From assembly GCA_903892045.1 (NCBI GenBank), contig CAITGX010000275.1, positions 1 through 60,301 on the forward strand: a stretch of DNA of 60,301 nucleotides. The letters are read 5' to 3'. Shown here piece after piece: positions 1-9,868 of the stretch; within the stretch, counting starts at the first letter, position 1; every line of letters begins with the position of its first letter. The stretch is from an uncultured Planctomycetota bacterium. GTDB taxonomy: Bacteria; Planctomycetota; UBA1135; GCA-002686595. Position numbers and translations under genes: made by a program. Under the pieces are notes generated by a model, which saw only the letters and a list, made by a program, of their open reading frames with translations, had not been told where the DNA came from and did no database searches.

Positions 1-1
1 C

Positions 2-289
2 CTGCCGCGTCCGCTGTCGCTCGCGGCCGCGCGCCGGCTGCGCAGCGCCTCGGTGCGCGCCGTGGCCGAGAAGCCGCCCGAGTCCAAGCGGCAGCAGCGG
101 GCGGAGGCGAGCGCCCTCGGCGAGGCGGCCCGCGCCCGGCACCTCGTCGTCGGGCACGCCCACGAGTTCCGGGACGAGGACGACGGGGCCCTGCGCTGGC
201 TCGTGCTCGATGCCTTTGGCGGCCCCCGGGATCTGGTGCGCTTTGGCCCCGACGGTGCCCCGGAGGGGGGCTCGAGCGCCCGCGCTTGA
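2..289 (+). CDS. 3' end of an unidentified protein-coding gene (partial, continues upstream of the window)
   Basis: Frame is open from the window edge to TGA at 287-289. Third codon positions are strongly G/C-biased, like the confirmed genes. No recognisable motif in the 95 translated residues. Confidence 0.4.
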   Translation: MPRPLSLAAARRLRSASVRAVAEKPPESKRQQRAEASALGEAARARHLVVGHAHEFRDEDDGALRWLVLDAFGGPRDLVRFGPDGAPEGGSSARA

Positions 290-333
290 GCTTTTGGGGC
301 CCGCCCGTAGACTCTTCCGCCCCCTTGCAAGCC

Positions 334-981
334 ATGATCGTCGCCATCGACGGACCCGCCGGGGCCGGAAAGAGCACCGTCGCGAAGTCGCTGGCGAAGC
401 GTCTCGGACTGCACTTCCTGGACACCGGCGCCATGTACCGCGCCGTGACCCTGGAGGTGCTGCGCCGCGGGCTCGATCCGGCGAGCGGGAGGGACTGCGC
501 GGCGGTGGCGGGCTCGATCGAGCTCGACTTCGACGCGCAGGGCAAGGTGCTGATCGGCGGGGTCTCAGGCGAGCCGCACATCCGCAGCCGCGAGGTCACG
601 GGCCTCGTGTCGGCGGTGAGCGCGCACGCCGAGGTCCGCGACCCGATCGTGGCGCTGCAGCGCGCGCTCGCCGCGCGCTGGGGCGGCCTCGTGGCGGAGG
701 GACGCGACATGACCACGGTCGTGTTCCCCGACGCCGCGCATCGGTTCTTTCTCAACGCAAGTTCGCACGAGCGCGCGCGACGTCGCGCGCTCGAGCTGGG
801 CACTCCCGAGGACGTCGAGCGCATCCGCGCCGAGATCGAGCGCCGCGACGCGCTCGATTCCACGCGCGCCATCGCGCCGCTCAAGGTCGGCGCCGGCGTG
901 CGCGAGATCGACACGGACGGCAAGAGCGCCGCGGACGTGCTCGAGCTGCTCGAGCGACTGATCGGAGCGCGCGCCCGATGA
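334..981 (+). CDS. cmk: Cytidylate kinase
   Basis: ORF 286..981. The ATG at 334 gives MIVAIDGPAGAGKST (P-loop at the N-terminus) followed by LDTGAMYR, typical of Cmk. Sits in the conserved cmk-rpsA neighbourhood. Confidence 0.9.
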   Translation: MIVAIDGPAGAGKSTVAKSLAKRLGLHFLDTGAMYRAVTLEVLRRGLDPASGRDCAAVAGSIELDFDAQGKVLIGGVSGEPHIRSREVTGLVSAVSAHAEVRDPIVALQRALAARWGGLVAEGRDMTTVVFPDAAHRFFLNASSHERARRRALELGTPEDVERIRAEIERRDALDSTRAIAPLKVGAGVREIDTDGKSAADVLELLERLIGARAR

Positions 982-1631
982 GCACCGCCCACACCGGACC
1001 CGCTTCGACGTCCCCGGAGACCCCGGAGATCCTGACGCACGCCACGCTGGGCTACCGCTTCGCGCACCTCTCGACGTGGGCCTTCGGCGCCGTGTGGTTC
1101 CGCGAGAGCTACTCGGGCCGCGAGCACCTGCCCAAGCAGGGCGGGGTCGTCGTGGTGTCCAACCACCAGTCCTTCTACGACATCCCCGTGCTGAGCCACG
1201 CGATCCCGCGCCACGTCTCGTTCGTGGCGCGCGACACGCTGGCCCACTTCGCGCCGCTGGCGTGGCTGATGCGCACCTGTGGTGCCGTGCTGGTGAAGCG
1301 CGGCGCGCCGGACCGCGCGGCGCTGCGCGAGATGGTGCTGCACCTCGAGCGCGGCGACTGCCTCGCGGTGTTCCCCGAGGGCACGCGCACGGTCGATGGC
1401 CGCGTGAGCGAGTTCAAGGCCGGCGCGCTGCTCGCCGCGCGCATGGCGAAGGTGCCGATCGTGCCCTGCTCGATCCGCGGCTCTTTCGAGGCCCTGCCCA
1501 AGAAGGCCCTGTTCCCGCGCCCGAAGAAGATCCGCGTGCAGTTCGGCCCGCCGATCGACTCCAGCCGGCCCGACGCGCTCGAGCGCGCCCACGCCGCGGT
1601 GTCCCTGATGACCGGAGACGGTCGCGCCTAG
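978..1631 (+). CDS. plsC: 1-acyl-sn-glycerol-3-phosphate acyltransferase
   Basis: 3' part of ORF 210..1631. The ATG at 978 overlaps the cmk stop (ATGA). Acyltransferase motifs NHQSFYD (HX4D) and FPEGTR are present. Confidence 0.85.
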   Translation: MSTAHTGPASTSPETPEILTHATLGYRFAHLSTWAFGAVWFRESYSGREHLPKQGGVVVVSNHQSFYDIPVLSHAIPRHVSFVARDTLAHFAPLAWLMRTCGAVLVKRGAPDRAALREMVLHLERGDCLAVFPEGTRTVDGRVSEFKAGALLAARMAKVPIVPCSIRGSFEALPKKALFPRPKKIRVQFGPPIDSSRPDALERAHAAVSLMTGDGRA

Positions 1632-1636
1632 GGACG

Positions 1637-1702
1637 CCGCCCCGCCCCGCCCCGCCCAAGACAAGCAAGACAAGCGCGACCAGCGCGACCAGCGCGACCA
1701 GC
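1637..1702. repeat. Compound short tandem repeats in the plsC-rpsA spacer
   Basis: (CCCCG) about 4 copies at 1637-1657. AAGACAAGC x2 at 1658-1675. GCGACCAGC x3, perfect, at 1676-1702. Confidence 0.9.
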
Positions 1703-1801
1703 AAGCGAACTTGCACCCCACGAGCATTCCCCGCCGCACGTGCGACGGGGAGCACCCCTGAAAACCCCGTTTTCATTTCCCGTCCCCAAGGACCCCTTTT
1801 C

Positions 1802-3529
1802 ATGGCTCTCGCTTCCCGCAGGATCAAGCAGTACGACATCGACCCCGCCGAGCTCGAACGGCAGCTCAACGCTGCCATGGGCACGGTCACCGACGAGCAG
1901 CTCTCCGCCCAGCTGCACTCCTCGGTCAAGGACATCGCCACCGGACAGATCGTCAAGGCCGTGGTCGACTCGGTCGACGACCGCACCGGCATGGTCGTGA
2001 TGGACATCGGCGGCAAGAGCGAAGGCTCGATCCCGCTCGCGGAGTTCGGCGAGACGCTGCCCCAGAAGGGCGAGACCTACGAGGTCTTCTACGACGGTCT
2101 CGACGAGAACGACACGGCCGTGCTCTCCAAGAAGCGCGCCGACCGCCTGCGCGCCTGGGAGCGCGTCAGCCAGAAGTACAAGGAAGGCGACGACATCCAG
2201 GGCATCTGCCAGCGCAAGATCAAGGGCGGCCTGCTCGTCGACGTCGAAGGCGTCAACGTGTTCCTGCCCGCGAGCCAGGTCAACCTGCGCCGCACGCACG
2301 ACATCTCCGACTTCCTGGGCGAGCCGGTGCGCGCGCGCATCATCAAGATCGACCAGGAGCGGATGAACATCGTCATCTCGCGCCGCAAGCTGCTCGAGGA
2401 AGAGCGCCAGAAGCAGAAGGAATTCCTGCTCTCCGACATCCACGAGGGCCAGGTCCGCAAGGGCGTGGTGAAGAACATCGCCGACTTCGGCGTGTTCGTC
2501 GACCTCGGCGGCATCGACGGCCTGCTGCACATCACCGACATGACCTGGGGTCGCATCAACCACCCCAGCGAGATGGTGGCCCTCGATCAGGAGATCGAGG
2601 TCAAGGTGCTGCGCGTCGACACCGAGCGCGAGCGCATCGCGCTGGGCCTCAAGCAGAAGCAGGCCAGCCCCTGGGAAGGCATCGAGTCGCGCTACCCCGT
2701 CGCGTCCAAGCACGTCGGCGAGGTCGTGAACATCATGTCCTACGGCGCGTTCGTGAAGCTCGAGGACGGCGTGGAAGGCCTCGTCCACATCTCCGAGATG
2801 AGCTGGACGCGGCGCATCAACCACCCCAGCGAGCTCGTCAAGACCGGCGACAAGGTCGAGGTCGTGGTGCTCGAGTACAACAAGGAGAAGCAGGAGATCT
2901 CGCTCGGCATGAAGCAGGCCGAGATGAACCCCTGGGATCTCGTCGAGCAGCACTACCCGGTCGGCACGGTCATCGAGGGCACGGTGCGCAACCTCACCTC
3001 CTACGGCGCGTTCGTGGAGATCGAGGAAGGCATCGACGGCCTGCTGCACGTCTCGGACATGTCGTGGACCAAGAAGATCACGCACCCCTCGGAGATGGTG
3101 AAGAAGGGCGACAAGCTGCGCTGCGTCGTGCTCAGCGTCGATACGCAGAAGAAGCGCATCGCGCTCGGCTACAAGCAGCTCTCCAACGACCCGTGGATGG
3201 ACCACATCCCGAACAACTACCACGTGGGCGACCTGCTCTCGGGTCACGTCACGAAGATCACCAACTTCGGTGCCTTCGTGAAGCTCGAGGACGATCTCGA
3301 GGGCCTGCTGCACATCAGCGAGCTCTCCGACCACAAGATCCAGAGCCCCGAGGACGTCGTCCGTCCGGGCATGAAGATCGAAGTGCGCGTGATCCGCGTC
3401 GACACCGAGGAGCGCAAGATCGGCCTCTCGTTCGTCCACGCGGACTTCGAGGAGAACAAGCCGATTCTCGAGCAGATCGAGAAGGACAAGCTGAACCCCA
3501 AGCCGGCCGAAGGTTCGCAACCGGCCTGA
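1802..3529 (+). CDS. rpsA: 30S ribosomal protein S1
   Basis: 3' part of ORF 1076..3529 starting at ATG 1802. Six S1 OB-fold repeats (e.g. GQIVKAVV..., GEVVNIMSYGAFVKLEDGVEGLVHISE, GTVRNLTSYGAFVEIEEGIDGLLHVSD). Lower GC and Lys/Glu-rich codon usage typical of a highly expressed gene. Confidence 0.95.
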   Translation: MALASRRIKQYDIDPAELERQLNAAMGTVTDEQLSAQLHSSVKDIATGQIVKAVVDSVDDRTGMVVMDIGGKSEGSIPLAEFGETLPQKGETYEVFYDGLDENDTAVLSKKRADRLRAWERVSQKYKEGDDIQGICQRKIKGGLLVDVEGVNVFLPASQVNLRRTHDISDFLGEPVRARIIKIDQERMNIVISRRKLLEEERQKQKEFLLSDIHEGQVRKGVVKNIADFGVFVDLGGIDGLLHITDMTWGRINHPSEMVALDQEIEVKVLRVDTERERIALGLKQKQASPWEGIESRYPVASKHVGEVVNIMSYGAFVKLEDGVEGLVHISEMSWTRRINHPSELVKTGDKVEVVVLEYNKEKQEISLGMKQAEMNPWDLVEQHYPVGTVIEGTVRNLTSYGAFVEIEEGIDGLLHVSDMSWTKKITHPSEMVKKGDKLRCVVLSVDTQKKRIALGYKQLSNDPWMDHIPNNYHVGDLLSGHVTKITNFGAFVKLEDDLEGLLHISELSDHKIQSPEDVVRPGMKIEVRVIRVDTEERKIGLSFVHADFEENKPILEQIEKDKLNPKPAEGSQPA

Positions 3530-3551
3530 TCTCCAGCGCTAGGATGGGGGC

Positions 3552-4679
3552 GTGAAGCGCGCCCCCGTCCTCGCCACGATCCTTGCCGCCCTGCTCGCCG
3601 CATGCGCGACGCAGGGCGGCGTCGTTTCCGGCGCGGCGCTCGCACAGCTCGGGCGCGCCGAGGAGCGCGAGCGCGAGGGCGACCTCGCGGGCGCGCGCAC
3701 CGAGCTCGAGATCGCCAAGGTCGAGGCCGGCGGACTCGCGCGTCTGGGGGAGCGCGGAACGCGCCTTGAGTTCGCACTCTCTGCGAGCGAGCTCGAGCCG
3801 TTCCGCGCACTGTTCGAGGAGCTCTCGGCCGCCCTCGAGCGTCGCGACCACGAGCTCGCGCAGCGCCTCGTGCTGCGGGCCGAAGCCCTGCGCCCGCGCG
3901 GCGCGGCCGAGGCAAGACTGGCGGCGTTCCGCAACATCCTGGACGGGCGTCGCACGGCCATGGCCCTCGGGCTGCGCCTCGTGGCCGAACCCGCGGGTGC
4001 CGAGGGTGAGTACCGCGTCAGCCTGCACGCGCGCCACGAGCTCGGGGAGACCGTGCGTCTGCGTTGCCCCGGGAGCGCACTCAAGTTCCTCTCGCTCGGA
4101 GTCAGCGAGGCCGGGATCGAGAGCCGCGCGCGGCGGCGCGTGCTGACCGACGCGCTGGCCGACCTCGAGCTCGAGAGCGGCCGCGAGGCCGAGATCCCGC
4201 TGGGCACGTTCTACGTCCCGTCGCGCGGCCTCGTGGCGGCACGCGGCCGTTGGACGCTGTCCACGCTCGGCGGCACGCTGCAGCTCGGCGCACGCGAGCT
4301 GCCGGCCAACAGCTTCGATGCCGAGGGCTGCGAGGTCGTGCGACTCGATCCGCGCCTGCCCACCCAGGCCGTGGAGCCCGCGGAGTTCGCCCGCTACGTC
4401 GAGCGCGGCGCGCCGTCGCTCCCCGCGCTGCTCGAGCGCGCCGGCCGACTGGCATCCGAGCGGCGCGACGAGGCGCTCGACCTCGCCACGCCCGCGCTGC
4501 TGCGCTACATCCCCGACGAGCTCGAGCGCATCGCGCCGGCCCTGCGCTGGCTCTCCGGCCTCGACGAGCCACCGGCCGATGCCCGCGGCTGGAAGAGCTG
4601 GCTCGAGGCCCGCGGCGCGCGCGCCGCCGATCCCGCGCGGCCGAGGCTCGACTTGCCGGGCGCCGGACGCCAATCTTGA
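3552..4679 (+). CDS. Hypothetical lipoprotein
   Basis: GTG start. N-terminal signal peptide with lipobox (LLAAC). Ala/Arg/Glu-rich body with no recognisable catalytic motif. Coding-like GC3. Confidence 0.6.
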   Translation: MKRAPVLATILAALLAACATQGGVVSGAALAQLGRAEEREREGDLAGARTELEIAKVEAGGLARLGERGTRLEFALSASELEPFRALFEELSAALERRDHELAQRLVLRAEALRPRGAAEARLAAFRNILDGRRTAMALGLRLVAEPAGAEGEYRVSLHARHELGETVRLRCPGSALKFLSLGVSEAGIESRARRRVLTDALADLELESGREAEIPLGTFYVPSRGLVAARGRWTLSTLGGTLQLGARELPANSFDAEGCEVVRLDPRLPTQAVEPAEFARYVERGAPSLPALLERAGRLASERRDEALDLATPALLRYIPDELERIAPALRWLSGLDEPPADARGWKSWLEARGARAADPARPRLDLPGAGRQS

Positions 4680-4696
4680 GCGCACCGGATCCGCGC

Positions 4697-5875
4697 ATGA
4701 ACGACTTCGACATCCTCACCCGCAACGCCGTCGACGTGATCGAGGCGAACGACCTGCGCAAGCGCCTCGAACACGCCGCGTCCAAGGGCCGCAAGCTGCG
4801 CATCAAGTTCGGCATGGACCCGAGCTCGCCCGACCTGCACGTCGGCCACTCGGTCCAGCTGCTGCGGCTGCGCGCGATGCAGCAGGCCGGGCACCAGATC
4901 GTGCTGATCGTCGGCGACGCCACGGCGATGGTGGGGGACCCCTCGGGACGCAACAAGCTCCGGCCGCAGCTCTCGCGCGCCGACGTCGAGCGCAACTTGG
5001 TCACGTACCAGGAGCAGGCCGCTCGCGTGCTCGACATGTCGCGCACCGAGGTGCACCGCAACTCGGAGTGGTTCGACACGATGCGCTTCGAGGACGTGCT
5101 GCGCCTCGCCGGCAAGGCCACGGTCGCGCGGATGCTCGAGCGCGACACGTTCGAGAAGCGCATGGAGGCCGGCGAGGCCATCGGCGTGCACGAGTTCCTC
5201 TACCCGCTGATGCAGGGCTGGGACAGCGTGATGATCCGCTCCGACGTCGAGATCGGCGGCACGGACCAGCTCTTCAACCTGCTCGTCGGCCGCGAGCTGC
5301 AAGAGAAGGAAGGCCAAGCGCCCCAGATCTGCCTGACGTTCCCGCTGATCAACGGCCTCGATGGCCGCAAGATGTCGAAGAGCTACGGCAACTCGATCGG
5401 GCTGACCGAGAGCGCCACCGAGATGTTCGGCAAGGTGATGAGCCTCGGCGACGACGTCATGGGCACGTGGTTCCGGCTGCTCACGGACCTGCCCGAGCCC
5501 GAGATCGCGGCGCTGCTCGCCGGGCACCCGCGCACGGCGAAGGCGCGCCTCGGAGAGGAAGTGGCCGCCTTCTACCACGGTCGCGAGGTCGGCCGCGCCG
5601 CGAGCGACGCGTTCGATCGCCAGTTCCGCGACCGCGAGCTTCCGAGCGACATCCCCGAGGTCGAGCACCCTTGGCCCGCCGAGGGCGTCCCGCTCGCGAT
5701 CCTGCTGCGCGACCTCGGGCTGGCGCCGAGCTCGAGCGAGGCCCGCCGCACGGTCGAGCAGGGTGGCGTCAAGCTCGAGGGCGAGGTCCAGAAGGACCCC
5801 AAGTTCCTCGTGCAGCGCCCGGCGAGCGCGCTGCTCATCCAGTTCGGCAAGCGCAAGTTCCTGCGCGTGCGCTGA
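4697..5875 (+). CDS. tyrS: Tyrosine--tRNA ligase
   Basis: 3' part of ORF 4064..5875 from ATG 4697. Class I motifs HVGH (HIGH) and KMSKS. C-terminal S4-like RNA-binding domain (ARRTVEQGGVKLEG). Confidence 0.92.
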   Translation: MNDFDILTRNAVDVIEANDLRKRLEHAASKGRKLRIKFGMDPSSPDLHVGHSVQLLRLRAMQQAGHQIVLIVGDATAMVGDPSGRNKLRPQLSRADVERNLVTYQEQAARVLDMSRTEVHRNSEWFDTMRFEDVLRLAGKATVARMLERDTFEKRMEAGEAIGVHEFLYPLMQGWDSVMIRSDVEIGGTDQLFNLLVGRELQEKEGQAPQICLTFPLINGLDGRKMSKSYGNSIGLTESATEMFGKVMSLGDDVMGTWFRLLTDLPEPEIAALLAGHPRTAKARLGEEVAAFYHGREVGRAASDAFDRQFRDRELPSDIPEVEHPWPAEGVPLAILLRDLGLAPSSSEARRTVEQGGVKLEGEVQKDPKFLVQRPASALLIQFGKRKFLRVR

Positions 5876-5890
5876 CCAGCGCGCGGCCGC

Positions 5891-7072
5891 CTAGCGGTGC
5901 GCGATCGGGATCTCGAAGCGCGCGTAGCTCGCGTCGTCCGTGGTGACGATCAAGCGGCCTTCGAGCTTCCCGAGCTGCACGCCTGCGCCCGGGTCGACGG
6001 TGATGCGCCAGCGCGACGAGCGACCGTCGCTCACGGGCGAGGCGGGCTCGGTCTGCACGATCAGGCCCTCCGTGCCCGGCCCCTCGATGCTCGCGCCCGT
6101 GATCGCGATCGCCTGGCCGGCGAGACGCGCGAACAGCTCGGTCTGGGCGAGCTCGCGGCCGAGCGTCGCGTCGCGCAGGAACAGCATGCGCGCGGGCGAG
6201 ACCTCGACATCCTCGGTCGCCGTCCAGCGCACCTTGATCTCGTAGGGTCGCCCCTCGCCGACACCCGACTCGTGGGAGGTCGCGAGCCGCACGATGCGCT
6301 CCTGCGGTCCGAGCGGGAGCGGCGGGCGCACGGTGACGTGCAGGCTCCACACGGACGACACGCCCATGGCGTTCGCCTCGGCGAGCGTGGCTCCGATCTC
6401 GGGGCTGGTCTCGAGCACGTCGAGCAGGCGTCGCCCCGAGTCTCCGATCGAGGCGATGTCGACGCGCCCGAGCGCGCCACCGTTGCGCGGGATGCGCTGC
6501 AGGTCGAGCTCGGCCGGCAAGCACTGGAAGGCGCTCGTCACCTTCATGCGCAGCTCGATCGAGAGGTACGGGTCGTGCTCGTCGTCGGTGGTGAGCCGCA
6601 CGACCACGAGCTTGTCCTTGTTGCGCGCGGGCGAGAGGCGGCTGTCGACGTGCAGCACCAGCTCGACCACGGCCTGCGGCGGCACCACGAGCACGCGCGA
6701 GGAGGCGCGCGCGTCGCCGACGATGCGCTCGCCCGAGGGCGTGATGGCCGCGATCGACGGCGTGGTGCAGGAGCAGCCCGCGAGCACCGTGTCGATCGTG
6801 ATCGGGTGGTCCTCGACGTTGCGCATCCGCACGGCGGTGGTGGCGGTATCGCCCAGCTCGAGGTCGCCGATGTCGGCCCAGTTGGGGTGGGCGGGGTGCT
6901 GGGGATCGAGGAACACGAAGCCGCGCTCGTCCTGCCCGTGGACCTCGGCGCCCCCGTGGCTGTCGCCCGACGCCTCGTGCTCGTGGCCGGCGTGGTCGAC
7001 GTGGGCGTCCTCGGAGCAACCCGGGAGGAGCAGCGCGAGCGGCAACAGGCAGGGGAGGAGTCGGCGGGGCAT
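5891..7072 (-). CDS. DUF1573-type secreted lipoprotein with a His-rich N-terminal segment
   Basis: 3' part of ORF 5891..8308 from ATG at 7072. Signal peptide with lipobox (LLLPGC). His-rich stretch. DUF1573-like core (MRNVEDHPITIDTVLAGCSCTTP) followed by further Ig-like sequence. Confidence 0.7.
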   Translation of the reverse strand: MPRRLLPCLLPLALLLPGCSEDAHVDHAGHEHEASGDSHGGAEVHGQDERGFVFLDPQHPAHPNWADIGDLELGDTATTAVRMRNVEDHPITIDTVLAGCSCTTPSIAAITPSGERIVGDARASSRVLVVPPQAVVELVLHVDSRLSPARNKDKLVVVRLTTDDEHDPYLSIELRMKVTSAFQCLPAELDLQRIPRNGGALGRVDIASIGDSGRRLLDVLETSPEIGATLAEANAMGVSSVWSLHVTVRPPLPLGPQERIVRLATSHESGVGEGRPYEIKVRWTATEDVEVSPARMLFLRDATLGRELAQTELFARLAGQAIAITGASIEGPGTEGLIVQTEPASPVSDGRSSRWRITVDPGAGVQLGKLEGRLIVTTDDASYARFEIPIAHR

Positions 7073-7150
7073 GGGGGCGAAGAGCGTACGCCAGGGACCG
7101 GCGGAGAGTGCAATTGAACCGCGGGCGGCAGTTGGAACAATGTCCGTGCC

Positions 7151-8428
7151 ATGCACAGCACCACCACGACCAGCTCCTTGAGCGCCTCGCCCCTCGCCGC
7201 ACCCCGCACCGACGACGCCCTGTGGGCGGCCGTGGCGCAGGAGACCCACCGCCAGGAGAGCCAGCTCGAGCTGATCGCCAGCGAGAACCACACCTCGCGC
7301 GAGGTGATGGCCGCCATGGGCACGGTGCTCACGAACAAGTACGCCGAGGGCTACCCCGGCAAGCGCTACTACGGCGGCTGCGAGTTCGTCGACGTGGTGG
7401 AGGACCTCGCGCGCGACCGCGCCAAGGCCCTGTTCGGCGCCGCGCACGCCAACGTGCAGGCCCACAGCGGCACGCAGGCCAACGTCGCGGCACTGATGGC
7501 GCTCGCCAAGCCCCACGACCGCGTGCTGGCGATGTCGCTCGACCACGGCGGCCACCTCTCGCACGGCCACCCCAAGAACTTCTCGGGCGTGTTCTACGAG
7601 TTCCAGAGCTACGGCGTCGAGAAGGGCAGCGAGCGCCTCGACATGGACCGCGTGCGCGAGAAGGCGCTCGAGTTCAAGCCGGCGGTGATCATGGCCGGAG
7701 CTTCGGCCTACTCGCGCAGAATCGACTTCGCAGCCTTCGGCGCGATCGCGCGCGAGGTCGGCGCGAAGCTGATCGTCGACCAGGCGCACATCGCGGGTCT
7801 CGTCGCGGGCGGCATGCACGCGAGCCCGGTGCCGCACGCCGACGTCGTGACGATGACGACGCACAAGACGCTGCGCGGTCCGCGCGGCGGCCTGATCGTG
7901 TGCAACGACGAGAACGTCGCCAAGGCGATCAACTCGGCCGTGTTCCCCGGCGACCAGGGCGGCCCGTTCATGCACGTGATCGCGGCCAAGGCCGTCGCGT
8001 TCCGCGAGGCACTCGCGCCGGACTTCAAGGCCTACGCGAAGCAGGTCTGCGCCAACGCCACGGTGCTCGCCGACACGCTCGCCGCGCGCGGCCTGCGCAT
8101 CGTCTCGGGCGGAACGGACAACCACCTGATGCTGGTCGACGTCACGCCCATGAAGCTCACGGGCAAGGACGCCGAGCACGTGCTGCACTCGGTGGACCTG
8201 ACCTGCAACAAGAACCTGATCCCCTACGACCAGAACCCGCCGATGAAGGCCTCCGGCGTGCGCCTCGGCACGGCCGCGATCACCACGCGCGGGCTGAAGG
8301 AAGCGCACATGCGCCAGCTCGGCAACTGGATCGCCGACGTGCTGGCCGAGCCGACCAACGCCCAGGTCGCGGCGCGCGTGAAGCAGGAAGTCGCGGAGCT
8401 CTGCCGCGCGTTCCCGATCTACGCGTGA
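7151..8428 (+). CDS. glyA: Serine hydroxymethyltransferase
   Basis: Full-length match to the SHMT pattern: [26 protein letters not shown]-lysine motif [12 protein letters not shown]. Confidence 0.95.
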   Translation: MHSTTTTSSLSASPLAAPRTDDALWAAVAQETHRQESQLELIASENHTSREVMAAMGTVLTNKYAEGYPGKRYYGGCEFVDVVEDLARDRAKALFGAAHANVQAHSGTQANVAALMALAKPHDRVLAMSLDHGGHLSHGHPKNFSGVFYEFQSYGVEKGSERLDMDRVREKALEFKPAVIMAGASAYSRRIDFAAFGAIAREVGAKLIVDQAHIAGLVAGGMHASPVPHADVVTMTTHKTLRGPRGGLIVCNDENVAKAINSAVFPGDQGGPFMHVIAAKAVAFREALAPDFKAYAKQVCANATVLADTLAARGLRIVSGGTDNHLMLVDVTPMKLTGKDAEHVLHSVDLTCNKNLIPYDQNPPMKASGVRLGTAAITTRGLKEAHMRQLGNWIADVLAEPTNAQVAARVKQEVAELCRAFPIYA

Positions 8429-8452
8429 GGCGCGTGGGGTGAAGCGGGGGGC

Positions 8453-8725
8453 TCAGGCGCTGCGGCGATAGCCCAAGCGCTTCAGGACCTCGAGCACCTC
8501 GCCCCACGTCGGGAACGGCTTGCGCTCGTTGCGCTTGTAGGTGTCGATCGCATTGGCGAACTCGAGCACCTCGCCGCGCGTCTCGTCCTCGTCGACGAGC
8601 TGTGCTTCCGGCGGCAGGACAGGCTCCGCCTGCGGGGCCTTCTTGGACTTGCGGACGCGCATCGTGGGTGCACGCTTCGTCCCCTTGGCGAGCGGGGACT
8701 TGCTCGGCTTGGTGGGTTCGCTCAT
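8453..8725 (-). CDS. Small hypothetical protein (90 aa)
   Basis: Clean ORF with coding-like GC3. Lys/Pro-rich N-terminus and a structured-looking C-terminus ([32 protein letters not shown]). No family recognised. Confidence 0.5.
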   Translation of the reverse strand: MSEPTKPSKSPLAKGTKRAPTMRVRKSKKAPQAEPVLPPEAQLVDEDETRGEVLEFANAIDTYKRNERKPFPTWGEVLEVLKRLGYRRSA

Positions 8726-8789
8726 AGCGCACTGCTATCGACCACTGGCCCCGCCGGACCTCAAGCCGCAGGCGAAAAAACGCGCGGCT

Positions 8790-9851
8790 TCAGGCCAAGA
8801 CGCCGCCGCGTCGCAGGGCTGCCTCGACGCCGGCCACGTCTGGGCGCTCGATCAGCCCGACTTCGGTCACGATGCCCGTGACGAGCCGCGCGGGCGTCAC
8901 GTCGAAGGCCGGGTTGTAGATCTTGACGCCCTCGGGCGCCGTGCGCTTGCCGAAGCCGCAGGCAACTTCTTCCGCCCCGCGCTCCTCGATCGGGATCTCG
9001 GCGCCGGTCGCCATGCGCGCGTCGAACGTCGAGAGCGGGGCGCACACGTAGAACGGGATGCCGTGCTCGCGCGCGAGCACGGCCACGCCGTAGGTGCCGA
9101 TCTTGTTCGCGACGTCGCCGTTGCGGGCGATGCGGTCCGCACCGACGAGCACCGCATCGATGCGCCCCTCGAACATCACGCGCGCCGCCATGTTGTCGGT
9201 GATGAGCGTGACATCGATGCCCGACTGGTGCAGCTCCCACGCCGTCAGCCGCGCGCCCTGCAGCAGCGGGCGCGTCTCGTCGGCGAACACGCGGACCGTC
9301 TTGCCCTGGTCCTTGGCGACGTAGATGGGCGCGAGCGCCGTGCCATAGTCGACGGTCGCGAGGCCGCCGGCGTTGCAGTGCGTGAGCACCGTGCAGCCGT
9401 CCTTGAGCAGCGCGGCGCCCACGGCTCCGATCCGCCGGCAGATGGCCTTGTCTTCCTCGAAGATCGCGCGCGCCTCGGCGAACAGCCCGTCGACGATGGC
9501 CGCGCCGCTCGCGTGGTCGCGCGCGGCGCGCGCCACCATGCGCTCGAGCGCCCAGAACAGGTTGACCGCCGTCGGACGAGACTTGGCGAGGTACGCCGCC
9601 GTCTCCTTCACGCGACCGAGCGTGTCGTCGCGGTCGCGCTCGTCGAGCCGCTGCACGCCCAGCAGGAGACCGAACGCGGCAGCGACGCCGATCGCGGGCG
9701 CGCCGCGCACGGCGAGCCGGCGAATGCAGTCGAACATCTCCTCGACGGTGCGCACGTCGAGCACGACGTACTCGACCGGCAGTTGGGTCTGGTCGATCAG
9801 GCGCACGTGGCCAGGGCGGCCACCTTCCCAGAGGATCGTTGCGACGGGCAT
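8790..9851 (-). CDS. mtnA: Methylthioribose-1-phosphate isomerase (eIF-2B alpha/beta/delta family)
   Basis: 3' part of the artefactual 1253-aa ORF 8790..12551, from ATG at 9851. Motifs RGAPAIG, TVLTHCNAGGLAT, GADRIARNGDVANKIGTY. Confidence 0.88.
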   Translation of the reverse strand: MPVATILWEGGRPGHVRLIDQTQLPVEYVVLDVRTVEEMFDCIRRLAVRGAPAIGVAAAFGLLLGVQRLDERDRDDTLGRVKETAAYLAKSRPTAVNLFWALERMVARAARDHASGAAIVDGLFAEARAIFEEDKAICRRIGAVGAALLKDGCTVLTHCNAGGLATVDYGTALAPIYVAKDQGKTVRVFADETRPLLQGARLTAWELHQSGIDVTLITDNMAARVMFEGRIDAVLVGADRIARNGDVANKIGTYGVAVLAREHGIPFYVCAPLSTFDARMATGAEIPIEERGAEEVACGFGKRTAPEGVKIYNPAFDVTPARLVTGIVTEVGLIERPDVAGVEAALRRGGVLA

Positions 9852-9868
9852 GTGGGTGGCGTTGACTC

